From Takakia lepidozioides (lineage: Eukaryota; Plantae; Bryophyta): 64,000 nt of DNA. Numbering within the stretch: the stretch's first letter is position 1; every line of letters begins with the position of its first letter. The stretch covers positions 62,682,001 to 62,746,000 of the forward strand of contig CM060734.1 in the NCBI GenBank assembly GCA_030704615.1. The letters are read 5' to 3'. Below are positions 11,165 to 22,152 of this stretch, piece by piece. The notes below the pieces were generated by a model, which ran no database searches, was not told where the DNA came from, and worked only from the letters and a program-made list of their open reading frames with translations. The translations under genes and the position numbers were made by a program.

Positions 11165-14100
11165 TTATGTGAAATAAAGACATAAAGAACATGCACTACT
11201 CATGGGTAATATGTGGAGACCTAAGATGTCTTTGTCTGTAGTCAAGGGCCGCTTGCCATCACGACCCATGGACAGGCTGCGCAGGAACATGGCAGCAGGT
11301 GCACAGCTGGGCATGTGCTCATTCTCCTTGTCAGCCTCTCGTTCTTTTGCATTAAACAGAGCTTCGGATCCCACCTGCCCTACTCCCATGCACTCCACAC
11401 TTGAGGAAAACACCTCAGCAACAGCTGCACAACTGGGCACATGCTCCTTCTCTTTATCAGTCACTGCCCCTTCTTCGCTGGAAAGGGCTTTGGATTTCAT
11501 ATGCCCAAGTGCCACGCTTTTAACATCTAAGCTGTTGCAGGAGTGAGATATACAATCTTTCGCATGCAACTCCAACTGCCTGACCTGATACCTCTCAATG
11601 TAGTCCGTCAACTTGATGTTGGTATTTACTACTTTGAGTTGCCTCGAGCTGCTCACATGGCTCAAGGCATCATTCATGGAAAGCGGCCTTGCATTCTTCG
11701 TACCCTTGACAGCCATTTCAGTACTCTTCGGATTCCCAATCATAGCAACAGTCTCTCCATACTGAGCAGGTGGTAGTGGAAGAGAGTCTCCTGATGTGAT
11801 GCTTGACTTGACAGCCAAAGACATGTCCAGTTGTTGCATCTCACTTTTTAGAGCTCCAGCAAGGTTTTTCCTAGAAGAAAGCCTGGAAAAAAGAGAGGGA
11901 AGGGACTTGGTTGAAGACAGACCCTTGTGCTTACTGCAGAAAACATTGTGAGTGCCCTCTGCAGACTCCAATCCTGCCGTAGTGGACTGGTGCGCTAGCC
12001 AGTGTGTTTTTCTCCCTGCAGAAGTAGCAACCCTTGAAGTCTTGGCACACGATCCTACTCGGGAGACCCTCACAGGTCTGTGTGGTGGGGATACAGTGAA
12101 CATTGGATTCATGAACAGAACAGCCTTGCCACTTTTGAGGTTTGTGAGTTTCCATTGCTGAGCCAAACTCTTGAGTTCTATTGCCTCCATGTTTAGTCTG
12201 GGTCCAACTGGCTTCTCATTACCTTGATAGACAGGTGCACGTGTTGGAAACAACACCGGCGGCACGGGTAGTGCCACATCTTGCTGCTGCTGGTGTGTGT
12301 CTTCTATGTCCCTCTGGCTGGGTGAAAAACAATTCTTGGTGACCTGCTTTGATGCTGTGGATTTGCTTGCAATATTTGTGACAGCTCTTTTCTTGTATAC
12401 AGGAGAAGGACAGCCGCCTCTGGGTGCCACACGTTCATGACCATGGCTGCTGCCAGATACACTGGCTTTGGCAGCACTACCCTCATCCGCATCAACAACC
12501 CTGCAGTTGTGGGCAGACTTTGTACGATTTGTCTTGGCAGTTCTGCTACCATGTGCTTTGATTGAATTTGGAGGATCTTTTCTACTAGTATACTTAGAAC
12601 CAGCGGTTGCTGGTTTGCATGTAGTCATGGGGGAGGTCTCAGCTGCGCCAGGCGTTCCCGGAAGAGAGTTTGCTACAATTGACGCAATTTCCTTAGCAAA
12701 CTGAGTGGCCTTCAAAATCTCCGAGACAACTTCTTGAACTTCTTTGGCTGGCGTTGACCAATCCCTCCATGTACCTGTAATGGTGACCTCACACCTTCAG
12801 AGACCACTTTTCCTATCTTTGATCAGAAAACTCAAACGAAACCTCTCTTGACCTGGACCTGTCACATACCTTTCTTTCTCTGATTTCTCTCAAGCTATTC
12901 GGGCTTGTGAAAGGTTGTATCAGTCCCCTATCTTTCTGTCTTTCTCTGTACAAAGGCAAGTCCTATACCGGGGTGAACATTGAGCAACGGTAGGGCACCC
13001 GGTGCAAAGGTGAGTAGTCTTGATTTGTTCTACCCTGTCCCCTGGACCTTTGTGGCCGTCTGTGGCCATTATAAAGGGTCGTTCTTTCTCCTTGTGCTTC
13101 CACCCACCATGTTTCTGCTCCCGGCTGTTGCAGGTCACGAAGGCTAGAATGGGCACTCTCCAATCTCTCTCTCTCCCGCATAATTATACAGTTTTATTTC
13201 ATTTCATTTTCTCTCTCTGAGCACAATTCTACTGGAATTTCGACTTGGATGGGAAAGTCTTTTACATTCATGAACCTGAGTGAACATTGTCTGTAACGAA
13301 TCCCCAAAAAGTGCAAGGAAGAGTAAAGAAAACATTTTAGTGCAATTTCACAGAAGAGGCAAGCATTACCTGTCTCCTTCATCAAACGTTCCTGTTCCTC
13401 CTTTCGGGCTAAGTTGTTTGCCTTTGATAGACTCACCCTCCGATCCTCCCCTGACACTGGTACATTATTGGAAACATCAGGGCTCTGTGTTTGACGCCAT
13501 AATCACCACTCAGATTGTATGTCCATTGACAGTTACTAAATTTTTTCAAACAGGTCCCATCAGCATAAAACACGATACCTTGTCGATCCATTACATATCC
13601 CCTTCTTTGTTGGGGAAAGGACCCCGAACAGTTGGGCATCCTGCCAACAGCCACATTATAAGAAAAAACTTCAGAATAGTGGCAATGTCCCTTTCACAGC
13701 GGCATTTGTCATGCTAAATACTGCTAAAATTGCTCCAAATTGAGAAGTTTATGAACAACCAGGATCACCAAAGTTCAATGGTTCACTTGGCTTCTGAGGC
13801 AAAAGGGAAACCCAACCGGCAGATGCTCATGGGGGCGTTTCCCTTCCCGCACCTTTCGAAAGAAGCACCGACGGGAAATACAGTGTCATTGGCAACTATC
13901 CAATGACTGTACATAGCGCACCTAATCAGGATGGATTGTCTGTCAAGAAACATCTTTGACTGGCACTGGGAAGTAAGTCTAGTGGATGGAAAAAAACCGA
14001 ATTGGGAAATACGAGAGAAGACTGACTTGGTACTGTCTTCTGGGTTTTGGCAGGGGGTGCCTTGCATGTTGCCTGGGCTAAGGTGCAATCCAGCAATGCT

Positions 14101-14535
14101 GCATTGCAGCTCCTGCAGGCGCGCCACCACTTGATCCACCTGCACACTCTCATCCCCACCTTATGATTCTACTGTGGATACAGGAGGTGATAGCTGCGCC
14201 TACCACAAAAAAACTTTACACTCGTGTAATTTGCGAACACTCTGTGCAACAGCCCTAGCCCGGTTCACTTATCGGCTAATCGCTTCCCAATTTGTGGAAT
14301 AAAATGTTTACATTAAGACTCGGAGCTCTTCCCAAATAATTCAACTGAAGAAGACTACAAAACAACAAAGAGGTGCGCATCACACTCAAGGTGTTGCTGC
14401 AACGAGGAAAAGGAACGAAATCCCGAAATTTACCTTGACAACAGCTTGCATCAGCAGCGGAGACGGATGCACTGCAATCGTACCTGCTTGCGTCTGCATC
14501 CAAACAGAAGGATCTCTGGGTGGAGACTTCACCAT
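11165..14535 (-). CDS. TAN1: TANGLED1-like microtubule-binding division-plane protein (spliced; exons ~14535-14434, 14139-13922, 13456-13370, ~13124-12968, ~12894-12870, 12774-11165)
   Basis: GT-AG splicing gives a phase-consistent protein: MVKSPPR...VVK|VDQVVARLQELQCSIAG...LSP (TAN N-terminal KVD..RLQELQ motif), GTWRDWSTPAKEVQEVVSEILKATQFAKEIA (cf. TAN GEWR..SLPA....V.EILQASQFAREI) and VLFMNPMF (cf. VLFPNPLF). The 3' end may contain further introns. Confidence 0.8.
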
Positions 14536-16879
14536 GTTGAGAAGCTCATACGACCCTTCCCCTTTCGAAAAATTTATTCGTCTACCACTTCAGCTGCTGC
14601 AAAAGCACGAACCCAGAAAAGAAACCCAACTCGCTCCTAGCTAGTCATAGTCCCAGGCAGGTGCGGGAGCGATCTGTGACAGAGTACGGAGCACTCGCAG
14701 GGAATTTGCACAAGCCCCGAGCGAGCGAGCATTTGATGAAGACGAGGGCAAGCACCGCACATTGAACTTGGAACGGTCACATTGCAGCAGCAGCCAGTGA
14801 TGCGGGGCCACGTGTACGTTTCAGAAACGTGGCAGTGAGCCGTTGGTGTGACCCCCCCAGCGTCCTCCGCCATCGCTGCCTCCGCACCCGCAACACTCCA
14901 CGCCCAACGGACACCCCTTTTGGCTCTTTGCTCCCCGCATCCATCCCACTTTCAACATCCACATTTATCATCCCTGTCCATCTCTCCCATGGGTTCATCA
15001 AGGGAAAAGGGGGCCATAAAGGCCAAGGAGCGAGGGGGCCACCACCCAAGATCCGGCAGCTCGAAAGGCCAGACTCGGGCAGCGAGGAGAAGAAACTAAG
15101 TTATGTAGTAAGATCCATGGCAGGGGGAGTGATTCACAAGCACCTCACAACGTAGCAGGACAGAAAGACATGGCAGAAAGAGGACCATGAGAAGCTGCTA
15201 ATAGGCTGCTAATCAGACTGAACACTGTCAAACTGCTTCAAAATTGAGATGAGCCTTGAGTTTGGAGCCTCAGTTCTTCCGAAGAGGAGTGATATGACTT
15301 TGCTATATTGCTTACCAACATATCGGGTACCATAGCAGGACCATAGCGTTCACATATGCCCGCATAGTATACTGTAACACAGATTTCACGATGCCCGATT
15401 TACTCTCCCGAAGATGGGGATAATTTACTGCTGTACATCCCACACTATGCTAAATTCAGACCCACGACTGTGCTTGTATCTATCGACCTTGGTCATATTA
15501 ACAGAAAGGAGGACCCCAGTCAAGTCACATCTTCCATGTTTAGTTTAGCACATTGGCTGTATACAACTGCAGCCATACTTAAGCCCGCAGCTTTCGTATT
15601 TTTACAACTCATGACTAATGTTGATATTCAACATCTTCCTGAGATCAGTTTGCGACAGACACTTCAACAAAATCCGTGCACCTATACCTTCAACTTCAGT
15701 CTCAATTGTTGCGATGTTTCACGATCAGTAGGGATCGTGACCTACTGGTCATTACACTCAGCCTACCAGTACTCCGACCCATCGGGGACCCCAATCCTTG
15801 CTTTCCTTATGAACATTTTATCACTCCCACTACTCCAGTGACCGCCTTTCACTCCACTTCTGGTCATCTTTTGGTACATATACACTCATTGTGCTCCTGC
15901 CTTTCACTGAACAGGAACATTCTCCCCCTGACTAACACTTCATAGAGACTTGACAGAGAGATCACATTGGAGACCCGAGAATCCTGCCTGAATCCTGCCC
16001 AAAACCCCCCAAAGAACTCTCCTTCCCTTAGCAGTTTCTGCTCTACTTAAGGACGACCTGAATAATAACAAATTGCCACCACCTTGTGAGTGGACTTAAA
16101 TACAAGCCTGAACTATCTCGAAAGCTGTTGTGGATGCGCTAAGTGGCGCTTCCACTTTAACTATCCGTGATTTCATCCTTCATTATCAACGGCAGTGATT
16201 CGATGCTTACCAACGCCTCAGATTTCCCCATATCTTGTATGATGCATTCCTTTGCAGATTAGCCTAATCCTCTTGTGTGATGGAATTGCTAACATGCCGG
16301 ATGTGAGGTTGGCCAACCTCTTGCTCTCGTCTCCTACATTCTTCAGCAATGTAAATTTCTGTGTCGTTCTCTCAACCCTGTCGACCTGTATGTGCGGTGC
16401 AACCGTGCCAATCTCTTCCTCCCTCACACCGACGATTTTCGCTGGATCGATCTTCAGACGCCAACCCTGATCTGCAGTCGAGCTTAATAATGCAGCCGAT
16501 GGCGCCAAAAGCGATCCCAGCCTCCTCTCAATGCCAATTTCCCCAAAGTACCTATTCTCTGGAAATGTGTCACTCTCATCACCACTCTTCCATCTACGAA
16601 AACCCAAAGCTCGTAGTTTCTCGACTCCTCCTGCACTTTTGGAAGGTTGAATTCGCGAGTCAAAAATCCCCTGCTGCGCTGCAGTTGAGACATAGCAGAA
16701 CCGATTCAAATTACTACTATAAACATATAAATGCAGCTACAGTCAAGTAATGAAAAACAATTGTGAAGAGTCTGTAGTCATAGTCAGGTAATGTCGGATT
16801 GGTCTGTGAGAACCACCGCGGTGCAGCTGAGCAGCCAACTATTGCAATACGACCTCCTAAGCGCTTGCGGCAGAGCTTG

Positions 16880-17038
16880 GCTTTTGCGCCTTTGTGCACG
16901 CATTGCTTTTCGTTCTCACTACTCAAGCAACACCTTAGTGACTTTTTCTCTTTGCTCTATCCTCGCTCTATCCTCGTAAAGAGAAAAAGTGTTGCTTGAG
17001 TAGTGAGAGCTAAAAACAATGCACAAAGGCGCAAAAGC
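16880..17038. repeat. Long inverted repeat/foldback (~160 nt)
   Basis: GCTTTTGCGCCTTTGTGCA pairs with TGCACAAAGGCGCAAAAGC; TCTCACTACTCAAGCAACAC pairs with GTGTTGCTTGAGTAGTGAGA; ACTTTTTCTCTTT pairs with AAAGAGAAAAAGT. Confidence 0.9.
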
Positions 17039-17957
17039 AATGATCGTAGTAAGATCAATTCCCCTAAGAGCCAATGAGGTATAATGCGGACATCAAAGTA
17101 ACAGTTTTCAACAAACATGGTACGGTGACATGCAGAAGGAAGTTAAAGCCCGGTATCCAAAAGAGTGATATGCTCTTGGCTTTCGAGAAGGCACACAGAC
17201 TTGGTTACCTCATAGACTCCAGTGGTTACAACGTCGAATATCCAAATGACGTTGATTCCCTTGCGGCCTGTGGATACTATATTAGCGACTCCGTTATAAC
17301 TTATAACTTATAACCCCAGCTTTATCTGCACCTCCGGCAGCTACAAGGGTTGAGGAAATCTGTTGTTTTTATTCGCTTTGTTTGGGTTGTAAGGGTTTGT
17401 TCAATCCATGGGCTCGGACTCCTTGCTTGATTGTGAACTCCTATCTGAATGAGAAGGTTGCATCAATAGGTCTTTCTTAGGGTTTTGATGACATCCTCAT
17501 CACCTCGGTGCCTTCATGTTTGACCCTCTTCCGGAATTTTGTTGATGAGAGTTCACACTGCTGTTGAAGTTTCTCCACGAGTTATGATTCTACTTCTAAT
17601 CTTGATGATTAGGGTTTTGTTTGATTCATGGACCTTTTTAGTAAAGTGCTACCAATGCTTGTTCTCGGCAGCGATGTGCACTTAGGGTTTTGAAGGAGAC
17701 CTCAGGTTCCCGTCTTTTGTATGCTATCGACTTGAACTCAGTGATCAAAAATAGCATGGCAGAGGGTTTCTCATCATTTACGCCTTGCATTGAATCCCTC
17801 GTGATGGACCGTTTTTCAGAAACAAGGGCAGCCTCTCGTATAAATTCTCACGAGCTGGATAGCCTGCGTAAATCCTTGGGGGTTGTAAGACCCAAAATAT
17901 TGGTAGCAGCTAATCTAAACAATAGGCTCTGCTGGCTCCAGCCTCGGACTGGAACCT

Positions 17958-18043
17958 CTTTCCTCTGCCTTTATGGCTAATGTAAGGTTATTTTTTCCTA
18001 ACCAATTAATAATTTTTTACCAGGGCCACTGTCCCCTGTTCTC
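17958..18043 (+). repeat. Dispersed repeat terminus followed by an A-rich tail (inverted copy of 7487-7558)
   Basis: TTTACCAGGGCCACTGTCCCCTGTTCTC then TTAAAAAAAAACAAAAAAC. Similarity extends to the AGCCA..AAGGCAGAGGAAA segment. Confidence 0.75.
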
Positions 18044-18102
18044 TTAAAAAAAAACAAAAAACAAAAAAAGTAATTGTCATCGCCAAAATTAGGCTATCAC
18101 GG

Positions 18103-18122
18103 ATATATATATATATATATAT
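18103..18122. repeat. (AT)n microsatellite
   Basis: About 10 AT units. Confidence 0.9.
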
Positions 18123-20010
18123 GCGGCGGCCACAGCTAATTATAAACCACAAAAAATAGGTGCAACCACCAATAAAGAAAAATAAATAATACATGCAACA
18201 GTCCATATTTGGTTGTCGCATGTAATTTTAAGAAAAAAAACTCATAGCTGTGACTGCCAAATCGACTGCCCAAAAAAAATAAAAATTGGCGCATGTAATA
18301 AATCTATCAAGAAAAAAAAGAATCCACCATCAAAATTTGACAGTCGCAGCTAATACGACAAGCAATATTTCACAGTCTCATATAATAATTAAAAAACAAT
18401 ACCACTACTACCAAAATCCGAGGTGGTCATGGATAATTAACCCTTAAGTTCCCAAGCGACCTGAATGGGGTCACTTTGAATTTGAGGTTCGACCTAATTT
18501 TTGCAGATCTAATCTGATGGGGCCCACTCCTGAAGCTTTAATGACAAGGGATTTGAGTATGATGCAAAAAACAAAACTAAAAAAAAACAAAAGCTGCGAC
18601 CTACAAAAAATATCTTAGATCTCATTTTTACGTTTTGGACCTGAAAAGGGCTTGTTGACCGCTGACGTGGCAGTAAAACAAGCCCAAAACAGATTGCACT
18701 CCAAAGGCCATTTTTGGCAGAAAATTAGCAATTTTGGAAAAAACACTTCACCATGTAGTGTGTGAGCATTACATACACACATCCACCATTGGCTTTCAAA
18801 AAATTTATAGAAAAAAAAGTACTTCATTTGGAGGCACATTTTCTCTTGTCAATTTTGAGATTTCAACCCCCATGTAATTGCATGCATAGCAAGCATAGGT
18901 GAAAAAATCAGTTGGACCTGCGATTTAGTGGGGTCATAGCCACTCCACTATTGATTTGGAAATGTCTTGGGGCAAGCAAAATTGGATAAAGCTAGGTTTT
19001 GATTTGGTCAAACCTATTTCTTTCTCACTTTTTCTTTGGGACCTGATACTTGAGGTTTGGGCCAACGCTATAATCTCACAATTTCCACGGTGGACTTGGC
19101 TCATTTTTTGGTATGTCATGCATAAATGAGCTGCGCCCACTACTATAAGGCTGGTTGCATGAAATTTTAGAAAAACAAGTAACTGCAATTGCTAGAATTT
19201 GGCGGTCGTACATATTAAAAAATACCAAAAAACACCTACAACCCCCCAAATATTTATAATTATGAAAAGCAAATATACTTACGACTGCCAAAATTTGGTG
19301 GTCACAGCTAATTAATAAATAAATAAAATAGGTGCAGGCGTTAGATGCATACGTTAATTTCCACATAAATCTGCACTCGTTATCTATACAATCTTCTTAT
19401 TTTGGGATATAATAGAGTTGCGGGTATGGTTCAATAGCAAATACATCACATATATATCCTTCTAGATGATATCTCGATGAGTACCCTGACTTCATTGATA
19501 AGTAGGTGGATCCTTCATATGCTGTAACCATGTACACTGCCAGTGTATTGAAAGATTAGGATAGAGCCCATTTCAAACAATGTAGTTGATTTCTAGATTG
19601 TCAAGCAACACAAAGCCTTTTCGCAGAGATTGTAATGAGAAATCTGAATGATAACGTAGGTTCTTTTGCCCCACTCATTGGTCGTCAGCTCAAAGAGCGT
19701 GGAAAACCAAAAGAACATGAGAAGGAGACAACTCCATAAAAGAAGGTTAGGGAGAAGAATAAGGTGAATAAGCTTATTGCTTCCAAGTCTGCAAGCTTAC
19801 AGAGGCATCCGCTCCACCATACGGGAGGTCTTGTCGTCCTTCATGACTCTAGTATTGTTTATAGTTTATTTCACATTGCAACTCATTTTGTCTTTACATC
19901 CTTCAAATCGACTTAACATATGTACGAGTGTTTTTTTCTACTCTCTTCTTTGTATTCAACATTGTCGAACTGTTTTCTTCGCAAATTGGCAAATGTCGCG
20001 CACCTCACTT

Positions 20011-20755
20011 TAGTAACGCACCTAAGCCATCACTAGCCCACTCGGGGTCCCCACCGCCCAGTGGTTGAGGAGCCCCGCCCCATGAGTGCCTCCATAATTC
20101 CCTTTGGTGACTTTGCTACCTAAGGGCCCTTCAGTTCTCACTCTCACTACTGTTGCTGTCCCACAACCCCTCTTATGTCCCGACCCCCCTGCCCTAAAGG
20201 CAAAGGGCCGCGACACACACCCCTACCAACAATGAGTCGATGCCATCATCGATTTGGCCAATTTCAAAGCTGCCCCCACCACATGTACATGTCAGTCGCT
20301 TTTGTGTCCTCCTCTTGTCTTTTGGGGACAGACGGTAGCGACGCACATCCCTACCAACGAGGAGTCGATGTCCTCATCAACCAAGCCATACTGTTTGCAT
20401 ACTGACCACCAAGGTATGGCGTCCCACACCAAGGAATCGGTTCCCAAGCCATGACGTCCCATGATCAAGAATCCAATTCCCCGTTAAGTACTTTGACAAC
20501 AAGATAGCTAGTTTTTTTTACTGAACTTTTCTTGTTCAAGCCCGGAGTGGAGGTTCTCAAGCTCAACTCACGGCACCCTTCTCGGCCCACTTCATGGCCG
20601 AGGTATGAATCTCCTCGAGGATCAAATTGCCTTACAACAAAAATAATTTGCTTACGACAGCCCGTGATGCCGCTTTTTGTATCATCTTGGGAAAGGATTC
20701 ATCTTGAACCCCTAGGAAGATAACCTTAAACTAACCATGCGCCCCAATCATTACA
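20011..20755. mobile_element. Possible solo LTR
   Basis: Begins T(A)GTAACGCACC and ends ...ATTACA (TG..CA-like termini with a short inverted repeat). It abuts a gypsy RNase H fragment. No TSD seen. Confidence 0.35.
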
Positions 20756-21210
20756 ATTGTCCTAAGACGACCTATCAGGGGGCGTCCCTTTCAGCTGCAT
20801 ACGGATTGGAGCATGCTGGGGCTTAAAGCGGTGCTCACACAGGTGGATGATGAGGGAAGAGAGTTCGTAGTGGCTTATGCTAGCCGCTCGAACAACGCTG
20901 TAGAGGCTAAGTACAGCTCATATGAGGGGGAGTGCTTAGCTGCAGTGTGGGCCGTGACACACTTCAGGTGCTATCTATACGGCAATCTTTTCACCCTTGT
21001 CACGGATCACCAGCCACTCAAGTGGTTGATGGAGTCAGACAAGCTTACGGGGAAGCTTGCACGGTGGGTACTCATACTCCAGGAGTATGACTTTCAGGTT
21101 GTGCATCGACCGGGTTAGGTCAATCGGGATGCGGATCGATTGAGTCGCAATCCATGCATGAGCCTGCAGGATGACACTGTAGCTTGGTGGCATGGTGAGA
21201 CGGACGAGCC
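20756..21210 (+). mobile_element. Ty3/gypsy RNase H fragment, same family as the element at 61448-64000
   Basis: FQLHTDWSMLG...AVLTQVDDEGREFVVAYASRSNNAVEAKYSSYEGECLAAVWAVTHFRCYLYGNLFTLVTDHQPLKWL...LARW.LILQEYDFQVVHRPG*; nearly identical to ORF 63010-63492. Confidence 0.93.
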
Positions 21211-22152
21211 CATGGTTATGTTATGAGTTGTGTATTTGCTGCACTGCAGAAATTTGTAGCCCCTCTTGCACCTCCCCTAGGTGTCACCTCCTTTCCTTTG
21301 CTGAAAATTACTACCATGATGTGCCTTCTCCATGTTACACCTCCCTGAATTAACATATTTGTTGAGATTCAGTGAGTTGAAGTAGATTCCATTATTCAGT
21401 AAGAGGACCCATCGGCAACCAGATGCTTGTTTTAATAACTAATTTTAATTAGAGGTAGCTATTTATACCTGGGCCGGCTCCCAGCTGGTATGACCATTGG
21501 ATTACCGGTCGGGTTAGTAGAAGCAATAGAAGCATGATTTTTACTTGCAGACAGTTATCAGCCCGTCCAATTTCACTCATCTAGAGCTTTGACAGTCACA
21601 ATCTTCTACCCATGAGACTTTTACATTCCTTACCATTCTTCTCCTACACCTGCCGCTCAACAGTCATATGTTGAAGAGCATTTTTCTATAGATGCGAAGT
21701 GAGTATTTGGTAAAGAGGACGCATGCAATGCACATACACATATGCCAGAATCTCACAACCTTGTTAGTGAGCAAGATGAAGCAAGTAATGGCTTGGTTGT
21801 GCAGACGAGCTGAGTACACATCCGCTCATAAGAATCTAGGGTCTTTTCATGTCAACCCTCTTGGACACTGGGCTAAACAAACAATCACCTAGACAACTAG
21901 ACTGTCCATTTTGAACACTCTAACCTCTCTTTCAAAATTGGCCATGTACACCACTAATTCCTCGTCCATGTTTCTTGCTTTCTGCACATTGTGCCCTTGG
22001 GATCTCAGTATCTGATAGGTTTAACCTGCTGACAAAGGATACTAGCAAAGTTCAACATTTTGTCTGTTCCTTCAACTGCAAAAGATACTGACTCAGAATT
22101 GGTCATCCCAAACACAGTAACATCAAAAGGGCCAGTTCATAATCACAAGAAC

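Noticed and set aside
15470-16750. LINE relic or gene (ORFs 15470-15841, 16218-16709, 16361-16750)
   Set aside because: Only vague endonuclease-like fragments, with no motif convincing enough to call.
18437-19170. piggyBac-like element starting TTAA|CCCTT
   Set aside because: No matching AAGGG|TTAA right end was found. The region looks like TE debris, but the boundaries are unsupported.
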